From: Alphaproteobacteria bacterium
GTDB taxonomy: Bacteria; Pseudomonadota; Alphaproteobacteria; Rickettsiales; UBA998
Direction: 5' to 3'
DNA: 64,000 bases
Assembly: GCA_004292675.1 (NCBI GenBank)
Contig: RDXO01000020.1
Location: 7 to 64,006 of the forward strand
The notes under the pieces were generated by a model. It did not search any database. It saw only the letters and a list, made by a program, of their open reading frames with translations, and had not been told where the DNA came from. Positions 55,771 through 64,000 of the stretch are shown here, piece after piece. The translations under genes were made by a program, and so were the position numbers. Within the stretch, counting starts at the first letter, position 1; each line of letters opens with the position of its first letter.

Positions 55771-56622
55771 ATGGTGCAGGCAGATCAATATATTGCGTTT
55801 ATGGGTGTAGCAGGTGCGAATGCGGATTTGGCGTGCCGACAAAAAGAACCCTATATGAATACCCTTGCGTTACCTGCCTTTGATGATGTGTTTGAGGCCG
55901 TCAGTGAAGGGCGTGCGCATTTAGGGATGATTCCGATTGAAAATTCGCAAGCAGGTCGCGTGGCAGAAATTCACAACCTCTTGCCTCATTATGATGTGCA
56001 TATTGTGGGTGAGCATATACAGCGCGTTGAGCATCATTTGCTTGGAATTAAGGGAACGAATCTTGAGCATGTGCGTGATGTCTATTCACATCCGCAAGCG
56101 ATTATGCAATGTCGTGGCTATTTGCGCGCGCATTCACAGTGGAGTCCTCGTTTGCATTCTAATACGGCGGTTGCCGCTTGTGATGTGGCGCAATGGAATG
56201 ACCCTACCAAAGTGGCGATTGCATCCGAATTGGCGGCAGAGCTTTATGGGCTAGAGATTCTTGAGCGCAATATTGAAGATGCCAAAGATAATGTCACGGT
56301 GTTTGTGATGATTGCGCGTGAGCCGAATGATCCGAGCCTAGAAGATGGAATCACACTGACTTCGCTATTGTTTGAATTGCGCAATATCCCTTCAGCCTTA
56401 TATAAAGCGATAGGGGGATTTGCCACCAATGGGATCAACCTCGTGAAGTTAGAAAGCTATATTCGTGGTGGCGGATCAAGTGAATCGCAATTTTTTGTGA
56501 CGTTTGAGGGGCATCCTGATAGTGCGCCCGTTAAACGTGCCTTAGAGGAATTGGGGTTTTATTCTCGTCGTGTGCGCGTTTTGGGCGTGTATCTGGCAGA
56601 CCCTACGCGTTATCAATATTAA
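55771..56622 (+). CDS. pheA: Prephenate dehydratase
   Basis: PDT domain (GMIPIENSQAGRV) and a C-terminal ACT domain (TSLLFELRNIPSALYKAIGGFA). An AAGGAG RBS lies upstream. Confidence 0.9.
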   Translation: MVQADQYIAFMGVAGANADLACRQKEPYMNTLALPAFDDVFEAVSEGRAHLGMIPIENSQAGRVAEIHNLLPHYDVHIVGEHIQRVEHHLLGIKGTNLEHVRDVYSHPQAIMQCRGYLRAHSQWSPRLHSNTAVAACDVAQWNDPTKVAIASELAAELYGLEILERNIEDAKDNVTVFVMIAREPNDPSLEDGITLTSLLFELRNIPSALYKAIGGFATNGINLVKLESYIRGGGSSESQFFVTFEGHPDSAPVKRALEELGFYSRRVRVLGVYLADPTRYQY

Positions 56623-56644
56623 ATCTGTATCAAGGACATAATCT

Positions 56645-57991
56645 ATGGTATCTTCTCATCGACCTATTCTCACTCGCCCAACGTGGAATCTTTCCCCTTC
56701 TAAGAAAACCGCCTATGTTAATGCGCGGGTGATCGACCCTGCATCGGGTTTTGATGATCGGGGCTATGTGCTGGTGGCGGGGGATACGATTATTGCCGTG
56801 GAGCGTGGCAATTTTAATGATGATGCGAGCCATGAATTTGATGTGGTGGACTGCAAAGGCTTGGTGCTTGCGCCGGGATTGTTGGATATTCAAGTGCATT
56901 TCCGTGAACCGGGTTTTGAATATAAAGAAACGATTGAGACGGGGAGCAGATCGGCCGCCGCAGGGGGCGTAACGCTTGTGGCGTGTATGCCGAATACTAA
57001 TCCCGTGATTGATGATGTGTCTATTGTTGATTTTGTCCATAAACGTGGGCGTGAGACGGGGTATGTGCATGTGCGTACCTATGGCGCGATCTCGAAGGGG
57101 CTAAAGGGCAAGGATTTAACCGAAATGGGGCTATTGGTGGAAGCGGGAGCAGTGGGCTTCACGGATGATGGATTGCCATTGATGAATGCGGGCTTGATGC
57201 GTCAAGCACTTACCTATTCCCGTGATTTAGGCGTGCCGATCGCGCAACATGCGGAAGATTTAGACCTCTCCGCTGGAGGCTGCATGAATGAAGGGGCGGT
57301 TTCTGCCAAGTTGGGCGTGAAGGGGATTCCTAATGCTGCCGAAGCAGTGATGGTGGAGCGCGATATTTTGCTCACCGAACTCACGGGCGGGCAATATCAT
57401 GTGCTGCATATTTCTACGGCAGAAGCAATCGAAGCGGTGCGCCGTGCCAAAGATAAGGGCTTGCGTGTGACTGCCGAAGCTGCACCGCATCATTTTACTC
57501 TTACGGATGAAGCCGTGCTGAATTACCGCACCTTCTCAAAAATGAACCCACCGCTACGTTGCGAAAAAGATCGTCTTGCCGTGTTGCAAGGGTTGAAAGA
57601 TGGCACGATTGATGCGATTGCCACCGACCATGCACCGCATGACCGTGAAAGTAAGGAATTGCCACTTTCGCAAGCATCATTTGGGATTGTTGGCTTGGAA
57701 ACTATGTTGCCTTTATCCTTAGCATTGGTGCATCGTGGTGAAATGAAACTGATTGATGTGCTGGGCGCGATGACCTACCGCGCTGCTGATATTATTCATG
57801 TGCCATCTGGCAGGCTGCAAAAAGGTGCGAAAGCCGATATGGTGCTGATTGATATGAATTATGATTGGAGCATTGATCCTGATAGTTTTGTGAGTAAATC
57901 GAAAAACTCCCCCTTTGATGGCACGACGGTTAAAGGGCGTGCGGTGCGTACCATTGTTGCGGGTGAAACCGTATTTATGCTGAAAGAATAG
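56645..57991 (+). CDS. pyrC: Dihydroorotase (amidohydrolase superfamily)
   Basis: LLDIQVHFREPG metal-binding motif, ATDHAPH, and a length of about 448 aa. Confidence 0.85.
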   Translation: MVSSHRPILTRPTWNLSPSKKTAYVNARVIDPASGFDDRGYVLVAGDTIIAVERGNFNDDASHEFDVVDCKGLVLAPGLLDIQVHFREPGFEYKETIETGSRSAAAGGVTLVACMPNTNPVIDDVSIVDFVHKRGRETGYVHVRTYGAISKGLKGKDLTEMGLLVEAGAVGFTDDGLPLMNAGLMRQALTYSRDLGVPIAQHAEDLDLSAGGCMNEGAVSAKLGVKGIPNAAEAVMVERDILLTELTGGQYHVLHISTAEAIEAVRRAKDKGLRVTAEAAPHHFTLTDEAVLNYRTFSKMNPPLRCEKDRLAVLQGLKDGTIDAIATDHAPHDRESKELPLSQASFGIVGLETMLPLSLALVHRGEMKLIDVLGAMTYRAADIIHVPSGRLQKGAKADMVLIDMNYDWSIDPDSFVSKSKNSPFDGTTVKGRAVRTIVAGETVFMLKE

Positions 57992-58012
57992 ATTCTAACG
58001 TGCTATAAGCCT

Positions 58013-58450
58013 ATGCCCCCTTATAAAAAACCTGTAGATTCTTTGAGTGAGTTGCAACATTATGTCACATGTGGCAATGGTACTGAGCCACCCTTTAATA
58101 ATCTTTATTGGAATCATAAAGAAGAAGGGCTGTATGTGGATATTCACACAGGTGAGCCACTTTTTTCCTCACGGGATAAATTTGATTCGGGGACAGGGTG
58201 GCCAAGTTTTACGCGCCCCGTGCAACCCGATGCCGTTGTTGAGCATCGTGATGTTTCACATGGGATGGTGCGTGTTGAGGTGCGATCCGCGAGTGGGGAT
58301 TCCCATCTTGGGCATGTCTTCCCTGATGGACCGCAGGGGGAAGGGGGGATGCGCTATTGTATTAATTCCGCAGCACTGCATTTCATCCCCAAAGAGGAGC
58401 TAAAAACACAAGGATATGAGGCTTTCATGGCGCAGGATGAGCGCGATTAA
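58013..58450 (+). CDS. msrB: Peptide-methionine (R)-S-oxide reductase
   Basis: [17 protein letters not shown] and RYCINS catalytic Cys motifs. Confidence 0.95.
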   Translation: MPPYKKPVDSLSELQHYVTCGNGTEPPFNNLYWNHKEEGLYVDIHTGEPLFSSRDKFDSGTGWPSFTRPVQPDAVVEHRDVSHGMVRVEVRSASGDSHLGHVFPDGPQGEGGMRYCINSAALHFIPKEELKTQGYEAFMAQDERD

Positions 58451-58539
58451 GGAAGTTTTGTTTGGGTTTGCGTGCCTTGTGCTTGTGCCAAGGTGTAGAT
58501 TCGTGTAAAGCAAACTATGACTCAGTAATGGTGTTCGGT

Positions 58540-59247
58540 ATGATACAGAAAAAAGATATACAAGAATATGATGCGAATATTGTTTCTCTTGCGCAAGTGA
58601 ATATGTTCAAGGGGCAATTAGCAACCAACAAGATTTCCGATGAACGCGTGATTCATGCGCTTATGTCTGTGGATCGTAGCCATTATATACCCGAGCATCT
58701 GCATAATAATGCCTATGTCGATGCGGATGTGAAATTGTGCAATCATCGCTATCTTCTAGCACCGCTAACTTTTGCGCGTATGTTAGTGCTGGCGAATGTT
58801 GCTCCGCATCATCAGGTGTTGGATGTGGGAGCTGGAAAAGGATATAGTGCTGCAGTGTTGGCGCATATGGCAAAGCATGTCGTTGCCATTGAGGAAAATC
58901 CCGAGCTTGTTGCTGCTGCACGTAAGAAGTTAGCGCAACATCATGTTCGTAATGTTGATATTGTGACGACTCCTCTTGCTATTGGTTGCAGCGCGCATCA
59001 ACCTTATGATGTGATTATCGCTGAGGGAGTACTGCAAGCTATCCCAACAAAATATGAGAAGCAACTTGCCGAAGATGGTACGATTGTTGCTCTCAAGGCT
59101 GCCGCACCGATGTTTGCTACCAAACAAGTATTAGCACATATTGTGGTAGGCAAAAAACGGCAAGATCAGGTGCATTATGCCGAATATGAGACGAAATTTG
59201 CGTATCCACTCTACGAAACACTTGCACAAGATGGCTTTGTGTTTTAA
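58540..59247 (+). CDS. pcm: Protein-L-isoaspartate O-methyltransferase
   Basis: SAM-binding VLDVGAGKGYSAAVLA. The start is uncertain; the internal Met MIQKKD was chosen and the ORF track starts at 58462. Confidence 0.8.
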   Translation: MIQKKDIQEYDANIVSLAQVNMFKGQLATNKISDERVIHALMSVDRSHYIPEHLHNNAYVDADVKLCNHRYLLAPLTFARMLVLANVAPHHQVLDVGAGKGYSAAVLAHMAKHVVAIEENPELVAAARKKLAQHHVRNVDIVTTPLAIGCSAHQPYDVIIAEGVLQAIPTKYEKQLAEDGTIVALKAAAPMFATKQVLAHIVVGKKRQDQVHYAEYETKFAYPLYETLAQDGFVF

Positions 59248-59285
59248 ACAGTAGAATGAATCATTGTGTAGTACAGAGAAATATT

Positions 59286-60710
59286 ATGAATAAAAAAAAC
59301 TTCCGTTCCTGTGTTTGTGTTGCCCTATGTGCTACCAGCATGTTAGCCCCATCCCTACTTTATGCGGAAGCAAAAATAGCCAAAAAGCCCGATGTGGCAA
59401 AGGCTAAAAAGAATGATGCTGTTATTGTGCCAACGGATAAACTTTTTCGAGACGCATTGATTCATACCTATGAGAATAATCCGCGTATTTTAGCGCAGCG
59501 TGATATTTTTGAGCAATCAGGCGAACAGCATATGCAGGCCTTGTCTGGGTGGTTGCCTACGGTGAGTGCTACTTATAGTAAGGGTCGTCGTCGTAATATG
59601 TTCGGTAATCAGCGTGATTGGGATTATGTCGATGCACGCACGCGTCAGTTGGATGTATCGCAACCAGTGTTTAACGTGTCCACTTTTTACGCCCTTTCGC
59701 AAGCGGATAATACCATTGCAGCATCAGGAGCTGAACTCATCAATATCACGCAAGAAGTGCTTAGTGGCGCGATACGAAGCCATTTGGATGTCGTGCGCGA
59801 TAGAGAGATTCTGAAACTGAGTGAGCATAATGAGAAAGTGCTAACCAAGCATCTTATGGCGACGCGTGAGCGTTTTAATGTGGGCGAAGCAACACGTACT
59901 GATGTATCGCAATCTGAAGCACGCCTTTCGCGTGCCGAATCTGATACGATTCAAGCGGCAGCGAATATCAAAATAGCAACGGCAGCGTTTGAACGAATTG
60001 TAGGCTATGAAGCACCCGAAGCTGTGGCGTATCCAGTGGATATGCCTCCATTGCCTCAATCATTGGATGAAGTGGTAGAATTAGCACAAAAGGCAAATCC
60101 GCGTTTGATGGCTGCAAAATTTGCAGAAGAAGCGGCGCATGATGGCGTGGGTGCTTCCGTGACGCGTTTATTGCCCACTGCTGCCGTTCAAGGCTCTGTA
60201 AGCCGTCAGGAAGGTCTCGGATTTACCGATCAAGCGATTAGCTCGGATTCTGTGCTGCTTAATGTGAATATCCCAATCTATCAGGCAGGGTCGGATCATT
60301 CGCGTATTCGTCAATCGAAAGAAGAACGTAGCCGTCGTCGTCATGAAATGTTGGATGCAGGCAATCAAGCTCGTGAACAGGCAATTTCAGCGTGGGAGCA
60401 ATATCGCGCCTCACTTGCTGCTATTGATGCGCAAAATGATGTTATCCGTGCTGCAGAAATCGCATTAGATGGCGTGCAGCAAGAACAACTATACGGTTCA
60501 CGTACCGTGTTGGATGTGTTGGATGCTGAGCAGGAATTGTTTATTGCCAAGGTTACGTTGGAGCGTAATAAGCGTGATATGATCTTATCTGCGTATAATA
60601 TCCTTGCGGTTGCTGGTCAGCTTAGCCCCTCGATGCTGAAGCTAGGAGTGCAGGAATATGATAATGAAGACGTGATGGATGGGATTAAATATCAATTTAT
60701 CGGTTTTTAA
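59286..60710 (+). CDS. tolC: TolC-family outer-membrane efflux/type I secretion channel
   Basis: Signal peptide MNKKNFRSCVCVALCATSMLAPSLLYAEA, and two tandem OEP repeats with a coiled-coil pattern (VSQSEARLSRAESD...; VLDVLDAEQELF). Confidence 0.85.
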   Translation: MNKKNFRSCVCVALCATSMLAPSLLYAEAKIAKKPDVAKAKKNDAVIVPTDKLFRDALIHTYENNPRILAQRDIFEQSGEQHMQALSGWLPTVSATYSKGRRRNMFGNQRDWDYVDARTRQLDVSQPVFNVSTFYALSQADNTIAASGAELINITQEVLSGAIRSHLDVVRDREILKLSEHNEKVLTKHLMATRERFNVGEATRTDVSQSEARLSRAESDTIQAAANIKIATAAFERIVGYEAPEAVAYPVDMPPLPQSLDEVVELAQKANPRLMAAKFAEEAAHDGVGASVTRLLPTAAVQGSVSRQEGLGFTDQAISSDSVLLNVNIPIYQAGSDHSRIRQSKEERSRRRHEMLDAGNQAREQAISAWEQYRASLAAIDAQNDVIRAAEIALDGVQQEQLYGSRTVLDVLDAEQELFIAKVTLERNKRDMILSAYNILAVAGQLSPSMLKLGVQEYDNEDVMDGIKYQFIGF

Positions 60711-60778
60711 TGTTTTTTTAAGAAAAAAATGATTAACAATGATCTTGTCAATGATCATAGTGAGAACGAGGCACAATT

Positions 60779-61372
60779 ATGGCACAAGCGCAAGAGGGTA
60801 AAGATCAGTCTATGGAAGATATTTTGCAATCCATAAAGCGTATTATTGCGGATGAGGAAAAAGCACCAGTGGAGCAACCTACGCAAGCCCCTGCTGTGAA
60901 AGCCTTGGGTTCTGAGGTGCTTGAACTGCATGATTTGGTGGAACAGCCAAAAGAAGAGGTGAAACCTAAGGATTCTGAAGTTGCGCCTGTGGAGCATAAT
61001 CCGCTGGACGTGCTGCATATGATTGATCATATGCCCCCTGTAGCTGCCCCTGTTGTTGCGGTGGAAGAAGTGGTCGTGGAAGCAACACCAAGCAAAGAGG
61101 ATGCGGCGGAGGCGTTGCTTTCTGATGCTGTGGTGCAGGATGCTACAGCGGCATTACAGATGTTGAAAGTGCGGGCGCAAACACCGCCACCACCTCCGCC
61201 ACCGCCTCCCCCTGTGATTGCGGAAGTGAAGCCAAAATTAGACGTGACTATCGAAGATTTAGTACGTGAAGCACTTCGCCCTGAATTGCGTGCATGGCTT
61301 AATACCCATATGACGGGAATTGTGGAGCGTATGGTTGCTGAGGAAATTAAAAAGATTCATCCTGCGTCATGA
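60779..61372 (+). CDS. PopZ-like / DUF2497 pole-organising protein
   Basis: N-terminal MEDILQSIKRIIADEE, an acidic Pro/Ala-rich linker containing a run of ten prolines, and a C-terminal TIEDLVREALRPELRAWLNTHMTGIVERMVAEEIKKI. Confidence 0.75.
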   Translation: MAQAQEGKDQSMEDILQSIKRIIADEEKAPVEQPTQAPAVKALGSEVLELHDLVEQPKEEVKPKDSEVAPVEHNPLDVLHMIDHMPPVAAPVVAVEEVVVEATPSKEDAAEALLSDAVVQDATAALQMLKVRAQTPPPPPPPPPPVIAEVKPKLDVTIEDLVREALRPELRAWLNTHMTGIVERMVAEEIKKIHPAS

Positions 61373-61427
61373 AATCCTTCACGTGCAGAAAAGATACAGT
61401 GCTTTGTTATCGCGTTACAATTTATGC

Positions 61428-61456
61428 TTGCATAGGCACGTGTGCAAAGTTATAAA
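61428..61456 (+). promoter_or_regulatory. Sigma-70-like promoter candidate upstream of the cytochrome c gene
   Basis: TTGCAT-N17-TATAAA lies about 45 nt upstream of the ATG at 61499. It is flanked by an inverted pair of A(C/T)AGTGCTTTG motifs (61394..61407 and 61459..61472). Confidence 0.35.
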
Positions 61457-61498
61457 ATCAAAGCACTATATATGTTGATCAGACAATGAGAACGTAGA

Positions 61499-62161
61499 AT
61501 GAAAGATTTAGAACTCAATAAAATTGCTGCAGCCATCTTTTTTACTGGCGTCACTGCTCTAGCTATCAGCCTGACGGTTGAAGGACTCTATGGTGGTGGG
61601 CATAGTGCGCATGGTGAACAAGAACGTGGTTATAAAATTGATGTTGTGGAAGATGCAGGGGCAGGGGGCGGTGCTGCAGAAGAAGCGAAGCCGATTGAGA
61701 TAGCGCAATTTTTTGCTGCCGCATCTGCTGAAAAAGGGGCGAATCTTTCTAAAGCATGTGCAAGTTGCCATAGCCTTGATAAGGGCGGAGCGCACAAAGT
61801 TGGTCCTGCATTGTGGGGACTGGTGAATGCAAAAGTTGCACGTCATGCCGATTATTCCTATTCAACCGCGATGGCAGGACATGGTGGTGAATGGACGTTC
61901 CAATCGCTCTCTGAATTCCTTGAAAAGCCTAAGAAATATATTTCAGGTACAAAAATGGCGTATGCAGGGATGAAGAAGCCTGAAGATCGCGCCTCTTTGC
62001 TTGCCTATTTAGCGACTCTCAATGATAGCCCTGTGCCATTACCGCAACCTGTGCCTCAAGCTGCTACTGCACCCGTAGAGGAAGCACCAGCAGAACCTGC
62101 AGCACCTACGCCTGCGGTTGATGCTGCTACACCCACGGAAGAACCTGCTCCTGCGCAATAA
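61499..62161 (+). CDS. cycM: Membrane-anchored c-type cytochrome (CycM-like)
   Basis: An N-terminal TM anchor, the heme-binding CASCH motif, a distal KMAYAG Met ligand region, and a Pro/Ala-rich C-terminal tail. Confidence 0.85.
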   Translation: MKDLELNKIAAAIFFTGVTALAISLTVEGLYGGGHSAHGEQERGYKIDVVEDAGAGGGAAEEAKPIEIAQFFAAASAEKGANLSKACASCHSLDKGGAHKVGPALWGLVNAKVARHADYSYSTAMAGHGGEWTFQSLSEFLEKPKKYISGTKMAYAGMKKPEDRASLLAYLATLNDSPVPLPQPVPQAATAPVEEAPAEPAAPTPAVDAATPTEEPAPAQ

Positions 62162-62167
62162 TTGCTT

Positions 62168-62914
62168 TCAACGGCAGGGTGAAGCGGTAAGGGAAGGGGT
62201 GCTTGCTGATCGTTCCGTATGACGATCGAGGCTTTTAATCATGCGGGTGAAGGGGAGGCATAGTTCTTCCTCATCATGCTGTATTTGTAGAAAAAAGCGT
62301 GACATGCCCGCATGTTCTGGTTGGATATGAAAGCGCAAGCACGATAGATCATCCGTGGGCATGGGGTGTGTATGGATGAAATTTTTACCATCCGCACTGA
62401 AGCCTGCCATATGCGCTTTCGCGCCCATAATATCATCTAGCTGCGTGATGGAATTGCCTTGAGCATCGGTTAAGCGGATCTGTATTTCGGTGGATGTGCC
62501 TTGCTGCAAGGGCGCATCTGCTGCCTCTAGCCACTCCGCCTGAATATTGCCTATTTGCGCATTCTTGGATGGTGTGAGCGTGGGCATGAAGGATAGAGCG
62601 GACGTATGAGGAAGTTCGAGTTTGATGCGATCGGCATGATCATTGCCTTGGCGCGTAAACTCTACCCACACACTATAGGGTTGATTGCTGTGGGGAGTAA
62701 AATGAAAGGCATAGACCCCATCTTCTTGCGTGGGGGTGGGGTGGATATGTTGATAATCCCTGAGTGATTGATCGATAACAAACAGATGCACTTTGCGCGT
62801 ATGGGTAGTTTCGATGAGGGCATCGCTTAAAGGGCTGCCCGTGCGGGGATCGGACAAGAGAAATCGCCCATCATAGGGCATATTCGCGTGGGTTGTGGGC
62901 AATGTTTCCATCAT
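62168..62914 (-). CDS. Hypothetical protein with two tandem ~100-aa repeats, each carrying an H-x-H-P motif
   Basis: Repeat 1 is KVHLFVIDQSLRDYQHIHPTP...YSVWVEF. Repeat 2 is KAHMAGFSADGKNFIHTHPMP...SRFFLQI. The start is set at the internal MMETLP; the ORF track extends to 62977. Confidence 0.5.
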   Translation of the reverse strand: MMETLPTTHANMPYDGRFLLSDPRTGSPLSDALIETTHTRKVHLFVIDQSLRDYQHIHPTPTQEDGVYAFHFTPHSNQPYSVWVEFTRQGNDHADRIKLELPHTSALSFMPTLTPSKNAQIGNIQAEWLEAADAPLQQGTSTEIQIRLTDAQGNSITQLDDIMGAKAHMAGFSADGKNFIHTHPMPTDDLSCLRFHIQPEHAGMSRFFLQIQHDEEELCLPFTRMIKSLDRHTERSASTPSLTASPCR

Positions 62915-63042
62915 GAGTTTATCATAGCAGAAATGAAAATAAACGCAATGGCACTTTATGTGGGAGAATGGTATCAAAGCCTATCAGACTCATTCCTTTG
63001 CAGAAATGAGCCTAATAAACTTTTTACGCAAAAGCGAAGCGA

Positions 63043-63909
63043 TTAGCGGTTTGTGCGGTTAAATACGTTACGTATTTTACGCGTCGCGTTGCACCAAAAC
63101 GCATTGCGATTATACGCAGCCAAAAGAATTTTGACGACGTCTTCTTCGCTGTATGTCGGGTTGCTTGGGTTATGTTCACCCGCATAATTGTGCGCTCTTA
63201 AGGGTTCGCCCGCACGTTCGTGGAAGATGTTTTCCACGTCGATAGATGGGTTTTCCCACAATCCCGTAAGGAATGCGCTGAAAGCATCGTCACCGATAGA
63301 AAAAAAGTCGGCTTCAAAACCATCAATGATGGCTTCAATTTCAGGGTTAAACTCCTGAGTGCATTCTTCTTTCGTCCGTGAACGCAGATAATCCCGCAAT
63401 GTATCAGTTGATACGCCCGTTTCATCTAATGAACGGGTTGCGGTTTTCAGTGCCTTCGACAATGTTCCTGCAGTTTTTGCTTGAACGATATGCGCCAAAA
63501 ATGCATGATATAGTTCATAGCTGCGGATATGCTGCATTTCGTGTGCGATGACCGCACTCAAATTCAGCAAAGGGTAGAATTCTCCATCCAACCCCATATA
63601 ATGCAGTGTTTTCAAGGCATCGGGATTAATGAGAATGACTTGCCCCGAAGGGTAAGCGCAGTTAAGTGCGTGCTTACTTACGAAAACTACAACACCACGA
63701 GGTGGTGCATTTTCCGCTAGGTAGGCGAGTAAACTTGGAGTTGCCTCCTCGATTTCCGCAAAGGCTTTTTCCGTGGGTTCGAGGAACTCATTGCCTATCA
63801 CGCAAACTTTAATTTGCGGATAGTTTTTGAGCGAAAAAGAGGTAAATTCAGCGTATTGCATCACTGCAAGTGCGAATTTAGTCAGATCATCAATGTTAGA
63901 GTTGCTCAT
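63043..63909 (-). CDS. Hypothetical protein with an HExxH zinc-metalloprotease-like motif
   Basis: VIAHEMQHIRS lies in the middle of a 288-aa ORF. There is no signal peptide and no recognisable family. The start is set at MSNSNIDD; the ORF track extends to 63978. Confidence 0.5.
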   Translation of the reverse strand: MSNSNIDDLTKFALAVMQYAEFTSFSLKNYPQIKVCVIGNEFLEPTEKAFAEIEEATPSLLAYLAENAPPRGVVVFVSKHALNCAYPSGQVILINPDALKTLHYMGLDGEFYPLLNLSAVIAHEMQHIRSYELYHAFLAHIVQAKTAGTLSKALKTATRSLDETGVSTDTLRDYLRSRTKEECTQEFNPEIEAIIDGFEADFFSIGDDAFSAFLTGLWENPSIDVENIFHERAGEPLRAHNYAGEHNPSNPTYSEEDVVKILLAAYNRNAFWCNATRKIRNVFNRTNR

Positions 63910-64000
63910 TGTTTTTACCCGTTGGGTGTACAAAAATGGATAGATACACAAATGAGTATCTTTTTGTTCATGGAACAAGAGAAAATTAGCAAAAGAACAA

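Noticed and set aside
18536-59286. Long N-terminal extensions suggested by the ORF track for grxD, tpsB, yejF, mnmG, rsmG, parB, aroE, ygfZ, the PelA-deacetylase-like gene, pelF, pcm, tolC and the last two ORFs.
   Set aside because: The extensions overlap the upstream genes or precede obvious signal peptides, conserved N-termini or RBS-backed internal starts. I shortened the coordinates accordingly, but these remain predictions.
1051-63720. Many 60-160-aa ORFs nested in, or antisense to, the large genes. Examples are 1051..1269, 2232..2630, 4600..5028, 5056..5439, 12706..13197, 16444..16983, 38601..39086, 38898..39380, 41164..41487, 46720..47115, 49281..49661 and 51218..51770.
   Set aside because: They lie wholly inside well-supported genes in other frames or on the other strand. 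They have skewed, low-complexity or Cys/His/Arg-rich compositions typical of out-of-frame translation, and they show no family signatures.

Overview
This 64-kb window is a chromosomal segment with alphaproteobacterial gene order: mnmE-mnmG-rsmG-parA-parB, PDRP-aroE-coaE-dnaQ, pcm-tolC-PopZ-like-cycM, and hemJ. GC content looks moderately low. About 58 protein genes and one tRNA(CAU) can be supported.

Main points:
1. Candidate replication origin at about 25.9-26.2 kb. It has six DnaA boxes (three perfect), an AT-rich tract, a by-eye switch in strand composition, and a 14-gene co-directional array to its right. Five identical canonical parS palindromes lie 4.7-7 kb away inside and between mnmE, mnmG and rsmG.
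2. Seven-gene Pel-type exopolysaccharide locus (42.5-55.7 kb). PelA is split into separate hydrolase and deacetylase genes, no pelC sits between pelB and pelD, and PelB is enlarged.
3. Secreted-protein islet at the left end. It holds two divergent flagellin-like paralogs, one carrying RTX-like and PA14-like insert modules, plus an RTX-tailed GH114-like glycosidase that could act on Pel-type polymers.
4. Repeat-bounded mosaic next to the tRNA (21-24.6 kb). It contains a Gly/Ala-zipper protein paired with a multi-TM protein (bacteriocin/immunity-like) and an orphan ShlB/FhaC-type TpsB transporter. It lies beside an STAS / RsbW-like kinase / REC-PP2C partner-switching module that has no sigma factor nearby.
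5. A RelA/SpoT-domain (small alarmone synthetase or toxSAS-like) gene overlaps the stop of recJ.
6. Several lineage-specific ORFans, families of short hairpin-forming intergenic repeats, two simple-sequence repeats and a MITE-like element.

No rRNA, CRISPR array, integrase, transposase or prophage genes were recognised. All calls rest on reading the translated ORFs and the DNA by eye. Coordinates of short motifs may be off by 1-2 nt.
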